This document shows, in pieces, positions 13,835 to 26,913 of a DNA stretch of 64,000 nt (positions are counted from its first letter, which is position 1; each line of letters starts with the position of its first letter). The translations under genes and the position numbers were made by a program. The notes under the pieces are model-generated. The model had not been told where the DNA came from and ran no database searches. It worked only from the letters and a program-made list of their open reading frames with translations. This DNA comes from Mytilus edulis (taxonomy: Eukaryota): assembly GCF_963676685.1 (NCBI RefSeq), contig NC_092347.1, positions 41,416,001-41,480,000 of the forward strand, written 5' to 3'.

Positions 13835-13902
13835 CTCAGGCACTCGTCTCAGAATTTTTTTTCCTATACACCATAACTTTTTTTCTGAGACAAGTGCCTG
13901 TG
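13835..13902. mobile_element. Tiny hairpin MITE
   Basis: CAGGCACTCGTCTCAGAA...TTCTGAGACAAGTGCCTG. A second family member lies at 43318-43412. Confidence 0.65.
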
Positions 13903-15634
13903 AATATCATTAATATTAGCGCTTTACAATGACGTTACGCACGGTTTTCGGGCTATGTTTCATTTGACCATTTCTTGATGCACAAGTAGGACAGAAACAA
14001 ATCAATTATGCATATTATAATTACTTGTCTTGGTTCATCAGTTTAATCGATATTAAATAAAACCTAATTTTAAAATATTTAATTTTATGTATTATTACAG
14101 AATTAAGCGATAAGTCCCGTGTTCATAATGCCATTTTTGCCGTGTAAGACGTAACAACAATAACTTACCATACAAATATAAACGAAAAAAAACCCAAAAA
14201 AACTACTGAAGGATTACGATGAAATTCAAACAGGTGGGATATAATATGATCATATGCATGGTGTGAAACGGTTACGATAAATGCATGTATCATGTCAGTT
14301 CGCATTCTAGTGGCCATTTTCGAAATTCCATACAGCTGTAAGATTTGAAAATTCGAGTATATAAAAATAAAAGCAAGCACTTCGATATTACAATATTTTC
14401 ATATAAGTCATAGAAAAGGTTCGCCACCTCTACATGCAAATGTAATTTTATTGAATTTTACGAACACATATTTATTTCTAAAATAGCTTCTCTCATTTTA
14501 TTTTTTTCAGTATTTTCCGTGTCTCCCTTAAATGTTACCATAGAGCCATTGTTTAAGATTTTTCAGTACCATGCTAATTTAGGGTATTTTAAATTTGTGA
14601 CTGACAAATGAACTATAAAAACAAATGTTACTACTGAAATGCGATTTTTTTAAAGATTCGTTTAAGCCTTCAATGTTAAGCAAACGCTAAATTTTTCATC
14701 AATTCCCATCAAGTTGTCCATGTCTCCCAAAAATGTTACCACGTTCAAATTGAACGTTTTTTACAAGGAACGTTAATGTAACATATATAATATATTAAAT
14801 TTTCCATAGACTAAAAGTTAAGCATTTTTGTGTCTTAAGCATTTGATACGTTCTGTTGAATGATATATTTTTTGGAGAGAGTTTCAAATATTTATTCTAA
14901 AATGTAATAAATCAACAAAAAATTTGACTTCCATCAAAGTTTTGTAAACCATGTGCTGATCTTAAAGGCGTCGAAGTTTTTGATAAATGAAAAGTTTTCT
15001 ATAAATGAAAAGTTTTCTATAATACCGAACCTTTCGACTTTGGGACCTTCAGTAAAAGATATGTTTCTGCTAGTACGAATGTTTTTTGCATACACTAACA
15101 GTTATGTCCACGCATCCGACAAATTGACGCATGTGAAAAATACTGATCCTAATTCAAGGACTGTAGATCACTTTTTAATCTTAATAAAATGAGCGATTTC
15201 AAACTGCCGTTTTCTTTCCAAAAGCTGAGAATGAAATTGAAATTATAGATCAAGCAAACAGAGGATACATATAGTAGCTGTTGCTGCCATTGACCCGAAC
15301 GAGAATTATTTTTCATTATAATGATAATCTTCTCGAAAGACTCATATTTGGAATGTAACTGTTGGTAGTACGGATAGAAAGACCCTAAAATTATTCAATA
15401 AGTAAAGATTATGAGGAAATAAATAAAATCGAGAATGGAAAGATTATTCATCAAAAATGTATAATCAGTCATGTTTACAGTCTATAATTTTTTTAAATAC
15501 GTAGTCAAACATCAAAAAGCCATATGTATTAAAAATATTGCAAAGCTTTAACGTTTTGTACAGAAGTCGGTTGAAATAAATGAAAATTACGTCGACTAAC
15601 GTTACCATTACTAAACCGAACACTGCGTAACGTA

Positions 15635-15800
15635 ATTTTGTATTTGCGACAGGCGCGCGTTTCGTCTACACATGACTCAGCTGTGACGCTCGAATATTTT
15701 TTTTTAAAAGGCCAAGTAAAGTATGAAGTTGAAGAGCATTTAGGACCAAAAATTCTAAACGTTTTGACAAATACAGCTACGGAAAGGATTTTCCTTGGTC
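15635..15800 (-). repeat. Degenerate retrozyme fragment
   Basis: The reverse complement reads gagcgtca-cagctga-gtcatgtgtagac-gaaacgcgcgcc. Both the core and the cleavage triplet are mutated. Confidence 0.75.
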
Positions 15801-16384
15801 AAATATAGATTATAACCTTATTCAAATTTTGACCTCTGACATGCACTTGAATGGGATGTTGTTAGATCTCCCAAGTGGCGACCAAGCATAAAAAATGAGC
15901 GTGTGCGGGGATTTAATTTGAATCAGATTAAAGTAATAATATTTCGCTTGATAAACTAGCTTCATCGCGCGTTTTATCCAGTTGAAATTGGATGCACGGC
16001 GAAAAAAAAAATTTGTATGGCTTAAACTGCAAACACACCAATCTGCAAAGTATAAGTGCCAAAATGGCACCTTCTTTTGTTGACCTTTTCGTTAATGGGG
16101 GAAAATCACGACGAACGCAAACAAACTCTTATGCTAATTTTTATTAAAAATGATTGTTTGGCAAACTAGGTGGTACTATGGAAAGCGGCATAACTCTTTG
16201 TTCTTATTTGGTAGAAACGCAAATACTAAGTTATTCCTTCCCCTGATGATGTGCTTCAGTTGCATTTAGAAGTGGCAGGAATATTTTGGAACTAAAAATT
16301 ATATTACATTCTGCGTAATTTGTGTTTTAAATAATACGAATATATTGTGACTTGAGAAGAAAAAGGATTATATTCTGTAGATAA

Positions 16385-17674
16385 CAGGGCCGTAACTACA
16401 CTGAGGCAAATGAGGCAAATGCCTCATGTTGAAAACTTCAAAAAAAAAAAAAAAACTGAAACAAAAAAATTGTCTTCATATCAAATTGTGTTCACGGAAA
16501 GTGTCTTGCAAAAAAGAAAGTTCTCTTCACTCTCTGCTGTCGTCCCTGCATGTTTTTCGTGATCCATATTTCTATTTTACTTTTAGTTTTGTTTTCAGAG
16601 TTGATGGTCTATTGTTTGTTATTATGTGTCCCGGATTTGTCTTTTGTTCATTTATTGTCCTACTTTGTGACGATAGTCTGAGGGTTAATTTCCATTTGTA
16701 AACGTGTGGTTTTGCAATGTTGCATGCTAACCGATGTCCAGACATCGTGCGACAAAAATATTTTAAGAATATACGATGCTACTGGACACAGAAAAAACTG
16801 GTCGTTTCTGCATGGGGCATTGAACTTGATATCAAAGAATACAAAACTGACTCTTTTTGTAGATAAAACTAAACAGCTGACATGGTTTAAATCAAAGTAA
16901 GACGACCAATTCATCGGTATCAAATCATCTATAAAAAAAAACATCACTGTATAGCCATATGACCTTTTACATTGAAGGATTAAACATGCATTAAGTCTTG
17001 TTAAGACCCTTTAACACAAAATAAAGGAATATGGAGAAAACGTACACGGGAACTAATCTCACACAAAGTCAATGCATAGAAAAAATACAAATGACCAATG
17101 TTCAAAGTTTTTATTCCTGTTCTTCATCTTGGTAGTAGACGGAGGGTCTTCAACAATAAAAGAATCATTAATACCGTAAAACAAGGTCAAGATGGTTCTT
17201 AGTGTCGACTTAGGCAGTACTAGTACTTAAAGTATATTACTGCACTGTCACTATGTTTAAATCGAGTCATTATAAAATCACCAAAGTCTAAGCACAATAC
17301 AAAACAAGAACAGACAGACAGACCCGGTTTTTATGACTATGAGACTTACGATTTTTGCTTTATCCTACATATCGGTCTGCTAATGATGTTGTCCCCGTAA
17401 AACCTAAAAGTCCCAAATTACAATGAATCTACGTTTTTGCTTTGAGACCAGCATATTGTCGGAGAAAAATGGCTAAAATATTAATTGCGTTTCAATGTCA
17501 GAAAGAGTCTGGGAAACGCTCAGAATGCATGATTTTGCGTTATTTTTCTCAAAGCTTCTGGGGGTCTTAAGCGGCCCCCAAACCCCCCCAGACCCCTCGC
17601 CGAAAAAAATTCGCCTCGCTACGCTCGGCATATATATTTTGCCTCACTATTAACAGAGGCTAGTTACGGCCCTG
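16385..17674. mobile_element. Non-autonomous DNA transposon with 5-bp TSD GATAA
   Basis: TIR CAGGGCCGTAACTA / TAGTTACGGCCCTG, subterminal TGAGGCAA repeats, GATAA on both sides. Confidence 0.85.
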
Positions 17675-18600
17675 GATAATTAGGTAACTTTAATATGTTA
17701 TTTGACATTGTAATTTATAGGTCCGTAATTTGTCGTAATTTGCATCTATACACATGGAAAAAAGTATTGCAACACCTTGATTTTTTAAAACTTGAAAAAT
17801 CAGTTAAAAAAAAAAAACTTGAAAAATCAGTCTCTTATTTTGGATGGAATATGATAAAACATTTGTAAAATAATATTGAAACATAGTTAAGTATAGAATA
17901 TTTATTGGAATTGCCATTTGTTGTATCTTTCCGGAATATTTACCGTTGAACTTTTATTGTAATTAATGTCTTGCACTATTGAAGAAGTTATATATAAACC
18001 ATCGTAAAGCTTAACTTAGTTTTGTTGACTTTATCCAGTGACTTTCCCCCCGAATTCAAAATATAACAGGAACGACAAAAACCCCTGTTATATAATACAG
18101 AAATTATGACTGTCGGTGTAATTGTAATTGTTAAAGAAAAAAACGTGTCAAACATGCAAATGTTATTTAAAAAAAATAGTTTTAATCACTTAAAAGTCAT
18201 GTGATGTTACATTTATAGGACGGGTGTGTTCGATTCAAAAAATAATTAACAAAACCCCGTCATATAACATCCAACTTTGAAATTGCGTCCAAATGTCAAA
18301 TTTAGGTGTGCCACTTTGGGAATGGTCTTAAACGATTGGCAATTCATTTCTCAATTTTTGTAATTTTTCCCAGATTTTTTCTATGTCCAGCAAAAAAAAG
18401 TAGCAGTTTATAAGGAGACCCCCTAAATGACGTAACAGCTTGACTTATGGTCGTTTTGAAAACGATTGTTTGCAAGTTGCATTGTCAACAATTGTACAAT
18501 ATGAAAATTAAACAACGTGAATGCAAATATTTATAATGACTTTACGGAAAGTAACTTTTGTGACATCTTGACAACCGTATACAAAGTTCATTTCACTTTT

Positions 18601-19926
18601 CATGCGCGTAGCTACGTTTACGTCAAAACGCCCGGGCGTACACTTGAATTTTGAAAATAAAACAAATAATCGACATAGAATAAGAAAGCACATCAGCCTT
18701 GTGCTTCTTTTTTTAATAGATTGTAATTTTGAATAAAAATTGGGACTAAATTTACTCAAATAGATCATTTAATATATTTGTTCGAATCTTTTGTAAAAGT
18801 CTGAAACCACTTTGAATTCTACCTTCTTTTCTTATATTTAAAGCAATTCACTATCTGCTCAGATTCGATATGCTGTTTGTATTTTTGTCGAGCCTGTGTT
18901 TTATGTCCCAAAAGCGAGACAAAGTGGTGTCAATATTTAGGTTTCCGAATGTGGATAAATTCTTTTAAATGACTCTCCGACCGTGAAATTTTACGAAAGT
19001 TGTACAGAAACTGTTTATGATCAAAAGAGTATTCAGAGCAATATAATAATGCAATTATATCTTTAATCTTCCCGCATTTTAAGGATAAAATGTGTTTCTT
19101 TCTGCAATTAATCTGAGACTACTATAACTGTGTTATAGTAGTCTCAGAATTAATAAGTGGTCGCAGTTTGGGCTTACATTTTGTTATTTTGTTATTTCTT
19201 CTACTTGTCGAACCTTCATCGAAATTTATGAAAATGTCGAAGAAGCTTTTTCTATGACTAATGTCTAAAGCTAAAATTTTAAAAGCATTAATTCGTTCAT
19301 TTTTCGGTTCTTTTCTGATAGACAGATAGCTGGACTCTTCTTTACGCAAAATTTTACATGCTCAATTTATAAACCTTCATAGATTGTCGTGAAAAATTCC
19401 AGATCAAGAAAAAAATATCAAAAGAAAATTTTAATTTTTTTTTAAATCCCTGTAAAGGAATGATACATTGATTCACTTTTTGTGGAAGAAATCCTAGGTG
19501 TTCCAGAATTTTTTTATATTGCACCTCTTAGAAATATTTTTTTTCGTGATCATTAAAAGGTGCTTTTGTTGATTATATGCGCACTCACGGCACCATTTAA
19601 ACTTATTTAAAAGTAATATTGGTTTGGACGTTTTCTCTAGAACCAATGACCATAAGGCTAGCTTCCAGTTTAACACGATGAATAAGTTAACATATTACAA
19701 AATTTAACCAAAAAAAAAATAAACCATTTAGATTCAAAAGTATGTTGTTATCAATGATTTTTTACTGACAGGAATCATTATGGTATCTCATTCTCGATAG
19801 CTTTCGGGGGCTTCGTCCCTTTCGAACCCACTACCAACAGGTGCTTTGACATTGAGCGGTTGGCACCCCTCATATCCCTCGCCAAGGTTCGGGCGTACAC
19901 ATAAAAATGACCCAGCTACGCCACTG
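18601..19926. mobile_element. 1326-bp non-autonomous DNA transposon, copy B (5-bp TSD CTTTT)
   Basis: Same sequence offset by 8931 bp, with a different TSD (CTTTT on both sides). Confidence 0.9.
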
Positions 19927-22180
19927 CTTTTCTACCTTCTAAACACAAGAGGTCAAATTCTTTTGTTCTATTTAAACCGCATATCTACGGAAGCCGATAA
20001 GGGCCATTCAAAAAAAAAAATTTTATGTCGTTATTACGATATTGCTATGTCGTAATTTCGACAAAACATGTCGTTATAACGACATCGCTATGTCGTAATT
20101 TCGACATAACATGTCGTAATAACGACATCTCCATATATAAAAAAGAATATGTATTATGATTGCCAAGAGACTAAATGACACAGAAATTAACAACTACAAA
20201 AATGTATAGGTCATCATAATGCCCCCAAAAATTAAAAAAACACCCACATAGTCAGCAATAAAAGAGGGACGAAAGAGGGAGAGTCCCGAAATGCTGTGTG
20301 GTAGAGAGTGCGTTATCAATTAATTATTAGCTCCCTTGGTAAAACTCCAAATTTCATATTTAATGTATTTCATTGTTAAATAATTTCATGAAGCTTAATA
20401 AGTATATATATATTTGTTAATTGCATGGCTTTTGCTATTTGAATTCATTGGTTAAAGATATTTATCTATATTGTAAAGTTTAATATTTGCATCGTCGCAA
20501 AATCTTTCGTTACCTTCTTTGGTTGCCTTCTGTTAGAAACTTATATATTTTATAGATCACAATAGGTTTCATATGTGACCGACCGCGGGAAGGCTGTATG
20601 AAGGTCGACACGACCTTGGTAATGTTGGAAGAAGAAAAGGTAGAAATATATGAAGACTGATTTTCAGTCCAACCTAGGCAAGCTAAGCTTTCCACCTCCC
20701 TTTCACTAAATGCCTCTTTTAATAACTGAGAATTGAAGTATTGATCACTCTAGTTCTACAGAGTCCCCGAAATGCTGTGTGGCAGACAGTGTTATTAATT
20801 AATTATTAGCTCCCTTGGTAAAACTCCTAATTTCATATTTAATGTATTTCATTGTTAAATAATTAACATGAATCTTAATAAGTATATATTTGTTAATTGC
20901 ATAGCTTTTGCTATTTGAATTCATTGGTTAAAGATATTTATTTATATTGTAAAGTTTAATATTTGCATCGTCGCAAAATCTTTGGTTACCTTCTTTGGTT
21001 ACCTTCTGTGAGAAACTTATATATTTTATAGATCTTAATAGGTTCAAATTGCTACTGCCCGTGCCAGGGTTGTTTAGCCAGATAAGGTTAAGTTAAACTC
21101 CTTTTTATTGGAAAATTTATAAGTGAATTTTTCAAGGTAAAAGGTTAAATTTCATCAATTTATCAAACAGAATAATAGTGTTTTCATATGTTTACAAAAT
21201 TGTTTGAATATGTACAATATATTCAGTATATTGTTGGTATAATATAAGTTACTTTCTAATATAATATTTTCAACACCTCAAAATGTGTTCATACTTTTCA
21301 AAAAGCAAATATAAATGTTTGTTGTTTTCTTTTAAGGACTGACATTCAGTCCTACCAAGGCAAGCAAAGCTTTCCACATCCCTATATATAAGCGCAAACT
21401 ACATGCCTTCTTGTAATAAGGGCGAATACTGATTGCTCTATTTCTACTTTCAAACGTTGGGCACGATATTCCTACAACCCCTAGGATTTAAAACAGAATC
21501 TTCGAAATTTCATCCGCAAAACAAAATAAAAATGTTAGAAACACGAACCAATATTAAAACAAATTCAATATATGTATTAAATTATGTTTTTACAGCTCTT
21601 GATCATATACTAAGTAATATCTAGTATATTTGAGGATTAAAATAACAAAGCTATGTGGAAAAAACGGATGTCCAACGTTACATTTATGAAAAACTGTTTT
21701 AACTCTTATACATACAGTGAACCTATTTCTTATTCTCTGATCTTCCTGAAACTTGGCAGGAACAACGACATGTGTCGGTTCTTTGTGGCGTTAAAGCCGT
21801 TATTTTGTCAAATTTCATTTGACTCGGTGGCTGCATATTAAGCTGGAATAAGAAAAATGTCCAATGACATTTTTCATTAACTCAACGACTGAAAGTTAAT
21901 TTTATAAGTAGATATAGCAGAAAATGAATAAAAAGAGTGAGACAATAATAATATCTACCAAAAGTACAAATATTTGCCTCATTGTTCGTGAGTTCAAATA
22001 TTGCTGATTCAATAAAATCTTCTCTACACAGTCGTTTTTTAAACGGTAGTAGCCATTTTGTCCAAGTTGATATTTCATTTTTCAAAGCAGTTAACCAGTT
22101 AACGCGTATTTTTTATAATTGATCAAAACAAAAGTTAGATACACGAAGAGTAAAAAATGCCAAGATTCTTTCCTTATTAA

Positions 22181-22390
22181 TAGATATAGGAAGATGTGGT
22201 ATGAGTGCCAATGAGACAACTCTCCATCCAAATAACAATTTATAAAAGTAAACCATTATAGGTCAATGTACGGCCTTCAACACGGAGCCTTGACTCACAC
22301 CGAACAACAAGCTATAAAGGGCCCCAAAATTACTAGACATAAGTGTAAAACCATTCAAACGGGAAAACCAACGTGCTAATCTATATAAAA
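22181..22390 (+). repeat. Dispersed repeat copy
   Basis: Matches 51-170. Confidence 0.75.
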
Positions 22391-22995
22391 AAATGGTATA
22401 TATTTACTTTGAATGTGTCAAGCATCTATAAACATATTATACTTAGTTTCATATACAGCGATGCTTTTAATTTTCATTTTAAAATATTGATATACGTGTA
22501 TATCGATTCTGATGAATTTATATTAGCATATAAGAGTTGACACTTATGATAATTTTTGTGCAATAGCTATATGTGTATAGATTTGCCATTTTTACATTTG
22601 TTTGTAAATGTTGCTTGCAAAGTAAAAACAATATTGCATCGACTCTGATCCAAATCAAAAGCATACCTATTTTCAAATTATAATTTTATATCATATACAA
22701 AATGTTTAGACTTTAAAAATCGATAAGATTATTTAAAAGACGGTTAAAACCAATACATTTTTCGGTATCCAAAGAAAAACGTGATAACACGCATTGACTA
22801 AACACGCCTTCTCAATAAGGGTCTTATCTGACCTTGCTTTATCTTAAGTATTGAAACAGTTTATCTGACCTTGTTTAATTCAACATATTTGGGTCTTAAA
22901 GGAATAAAATGCTTCCACACATTACAAAACGGTAGCCAATTTGTCCAAACGTCTGAAAACGTCTAAATTCCGAAAGACGCTAATTTCCGACGTTA

Positions 22996-23232
22996 GGGAT
23001 GACATCAAAAGTTCAATGAAGGATAAAAAACTTAATTCAAATAGTTTTTTCACTGACCCCCCTACCCCCCTATTAACTTAATTTGGGAAAAATTGATTGA
23101 CCCATATGGATATATGTAAAAATCAATGTCGGATAACCAAATCTTGCAGCAGTTCAACCCCCCCCCCCCCCCCCCCCCAAACTATTTGAATTAAGTTTTT
23201 TTTATCTTACATTGATCTTTTGATGTCGTCCC
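22996..23232. mobile_element. Harbinger/Tourist-like MITE
   Basis: ~55-bp imperfect TIR GGGATGACATCAAAAG / CTTTTGATGTCGTCCC, TTA TSD. Confidence 0.8.
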
Positions 23233-25089
23233 TTACATGTGCTAAAGTTTCAATTAAATGTTCATGATAATTAAAACAAATCGTGTTATGAAATTTGGAA
23301 AAAGAGGTTCATGATTGCTGCCGAAATAAAAGAATAGTGCATGTTGCTATAGTCTCCGCCCGGGGATATAGGTTCGACACAGGTTAAATTTTGCAATTTT
23401 TATTAATCGTTAATAGCTTTTAACGATTTATTTAAAAGAATGGGGGGGGGGGGGGGGATCTCATTACATGAACTTCGTCCAACTTTTGTAAAGACAAATT
23501 GGAGACACCAAGACACTTAATGTAAAATGCGAATTGAAATTTATGTTGCGGAAGTACTCCGAAATAAATCATTTAAAGTCGTCACTTCAGTAAGGTGCAA
23601 TCACCAATATTAAAAGACTTTATACCAGTTCACGGAATGTTTTACTTTGCGATTTGTCCTGCTATTCATGCTATAACTGTCGTGATGAAAGTTATTCCTA
23701 TACTAGCGAAGCCGGAACTTTTCGTCAATATTAACTTGTGCATGAAATGTAGGTAATTGAAAGACAAATCCCAAACAGCGACGAAAACCGTTTCATCGAA
23801 TAAATAAAAACCCCGGATTATATTAGCCGTTTTCGCGGACGATTCAGTAGTAGATTACTATATTTTAAAATGTATATCAGAAGTTAAACACTATAGATGA
23901 CTTGGGAAATATTTCACAAGCCAAGGTTCAAGTAATTGAAGGGTTGTATTTCAACAACTTATGTGCCAGGGAAAATACAATTCTATTCAAATTAAACCAA
24001 GGGTAAAAATGTTCGATTTACTTGCAGAGTGTCAGATATATTTGTATTGGGGTTGAATTAAGATATAGAAATTTTACAATGACAGATGATATGCACCTTG
24101 AAAGTTAAACATCCTATGATAAAAATTTTGTACATCTAATAATATTTTTTTTTTATGGAAAACCGTATACATGTACTTCCGTCCCATCCTTCCTTCATAC
24201 ATTACTTGCAACAGTACTGCATTTTTAGTTGAAATAACTTAAAGGGTAAACATTATTAAATCGATTTCCACAACTTGAGGTAATTTATGATAAAATGACA
24301 TCTCAAAACGAACAGAACCAGAATCAACCAACATATAAAAAAACGAATAAAACTTGCAAAAATTAATCGAAGTCAAAAACCCTCTTCGACGCCGCATTTA
24401 AAAGTGTAACGTCGTGTTTTAGGAACATCGTGCCAAACGTTTGAAAGTAGAAATAGAGCAATCAATACTTCAATTAACCCTTATTACAAGAAGGCATGTA
24501 GTTTGCGATTATTTAAAGGGAGGTGGAAAGCTTGGCTTGCCTTGGTAGGACTGAATGCCAGTCCTCATACAATTCCACATTTTATTCATACAACAAATAG
24601 AAGTTTATTTTGCCTTGAATGGCTTTACTGCCCTGTCACGTTTGGTAACACATTAGAATTTAAATTGGTATCTATAAAATATATAAGTTTCTCACAGAAG
24701 GTAACCAAAGAAGGTAACCAAAGATTTTTCGACGATGCAAATATTAAACTTTACAATATAAATAAATATCTTTAACCAATGAATTCAAATAGCAAAAGCT
24801 ACGCAATTAACAAATATATACTTATTAAGATTCATGTTAATTATTTAACAATAAAATACATTAAATATGAAATTTGGAGTTTTACCAAGGGAGCTAACAA
24901 TTAATTAATAACACTGTCTGCCACACAGCATTTCGGGGACTCTCCCTCTGGTATCTTTCGTTCCTCTTTTATAGCTGACTATGCGGGTTTTTTCTAATTA
25001 TTGGGAGCATTATGATGACCTATATTTATTAATTTCTGTGTCATTTAGTCTCTTGGCAATCATAATACATATTCTTTTATATATATAAA

Positions 25090-25282
25090 TTGTCGTTATT
25101 ACGACATAGCTATGTCGTTAAAATGACATAGTGATGTCGTTATTACGACATGTTATGTCGAAATTACGACATAGCGATGTCGTTATAACGACATGTTATG
25201 TCGTAATTACGACATCGCGATGTCGTAAAAACGACATGTTATGTCGAAATTACGACATGCTATGTCGTAATTACGACATAAT
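25090..25282. repeat. Self-complementary minisatellite (ATGTCG-N5-6-CGACAT units, ~20-22 bp)
   Basis: About 9 units here and about 4-5 in the left arm (20025-20130). Confidence 0.85.
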
Positions 25283-25333
25283 TTTTTTTTTGAATGGCCC
25301 TTATCGGCTTCCGTACATATCGGACTGTATTTA

Positions 25334-26913
25334 CGACGCTGAGGTTGACAAATTACATTTTAAATGTGGGGACTGTATCAAAACACAAAATATATTACCT
25401 GTATAACATTGAATATAACTTAAAAATTGCATTACTCCTTTTGGAGGCAATTCGTCTGGATCGAATATTCAATGACATTTGTACCATAAGAAATATAGGA
25501 AATTGATATTAATAAATTCCATAATATTTTTTAAGAAACTATAATGCAAAAAAAGGGGTGGGGGGAGGGGCACGATCATGTAAATGCAGCAGTAGATGGA
25601 AGGGGGGGGGGAGTGTGTGAATTCTTCGGCTAGTCCTTAATAGACCTTACAAATAATCAAAGTATCATAATCTGTTTTATACCTACTCGTAAATATATAT
25701 GTAACGATTATTTTTATATAGTTATGAAAAGCAAACAAAGGAGTGTATGTATTTTGATCCAGTTGTTTGCCACCTAAATTTTTACCTAACGGGGTATGTT
25801 TTAAAACACCTAAAATACGATTTTTATGCAATTTCAACTTAAAACTTGTTGCATAATAGTTTTAGAAAATTTACTCCCGGTCATGTAGCGGCGAAGGCAT
25901 GTATTTTCTTCCTTTATTTCCTTCCAACTTTGTCTTAATTTAAACAGTTTCAGCTCAATTTGTATTTTCTTTATAAGGGGTTTGTGATTGATTGATTGTT
26001 GGTTGCTTAACGTCAAGTTGCAAATATTTCATGCATGTTCAGAACGATAAGAGGTTTGTGAAAATATGACTCACTACTCACCGGTTGAACTTCCCTGCAG
26101 AGTTTCAAAAGCATTGCATAATGGCTTTGCATTTACACCTTAGCTCCACTTTTTGCGGACATTGCATTCATACATACATGTAGGTGATTGTAGACAACAG
26201 AAGTCATACAAGATTTATTCGAAGTGGTTTCATATATAGGACACCAAAATGATGCCCAACAGTATAATCTATTGCCTTTCATTCGACCAGGTTTGGAGTT
26301 AGATTTCCCACCAAATTTTGTCATCTTAGCGGGAAAAAATTATCCATTTCGATCGCCCCTCTTTATCCGCTACAGGCGCCATCAACTTAGAGCTAAACCA
26401 CGAGCAGAAAGAAGAAAATATTAAAAAAAATGAATTTGCATATATCAGAGTATCGGGTATACATGTATGTCGAACACGCTACAAGGCGCTTGAAAAATTT
26501 CAGAGTCATTGGAAGCTTATGGAGACACCAGACTGACAAATCAATCAGACTGTAGAGCTTTGTGCGGGATTAGTGGAGCGACAGGTTGAACTTTGTCAGG
26601 AACTGTAATACAACAAATAAAACTGACTAATATCTAACCATCTTACTATATTTGTGTTATCAATCTGAAATCGAATGAACTTGTATAACTCTCAGTCCTC
26701 CCTTTTCTAGCCCGCCCTTTTCTAGCCTCTGTCAGCAATGATAACACAAAAGAAATTGTCATACATTGTATACATGTAGGATGTTACATAATGAGACTAG
26801 ATAAATGTGATTTGAAGTAACCAAGACGTGCAGAATTTTACCTGTTTAAATCTATAATCAATGTTTTGACACCGTCCCCAAATTTAAAGTCTAATTTGTC
26901 AACCTCAGCGTCG
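25334..26913 (+). mobile_element. Decayed Harbinger/ISL2EU-like DNA transposon with DDE_Tnp_4 transposase remnant
   Basis: ~50-bp TIR CGACGCTGAGGTTGACAAATTA / TAATTTGTCAACCTCAGCGTCG. Frameshifted remnant at ~26200-26600: GHQNDA...FPPNFVILAGKNY...YVEHATRRLKNFRVIGSLWRH. Confidence 0.65.

Larger units (their letters stand above)
19988..25313. mobile_element. 5.3-kb foldback element with long compound inverted arms and TA TSD
   Basis: TA|CGGAAGCCGATAAGGGCCATTCAAAA... and its exact reverse complement at 25313. Arms 19988-20560 and 24670-25313. Inner inverted pair 21337-21473 and 24420-24566. Confidence 0.8.

Noticed and set aside
14510-15010. Degenerate ~200-bp periodicity (TGTCTCCC...AATGTTACCA)
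   Set aside because: Only two clear motif copies and no definable ends. Probably an old transposon remnant, too weak to call.
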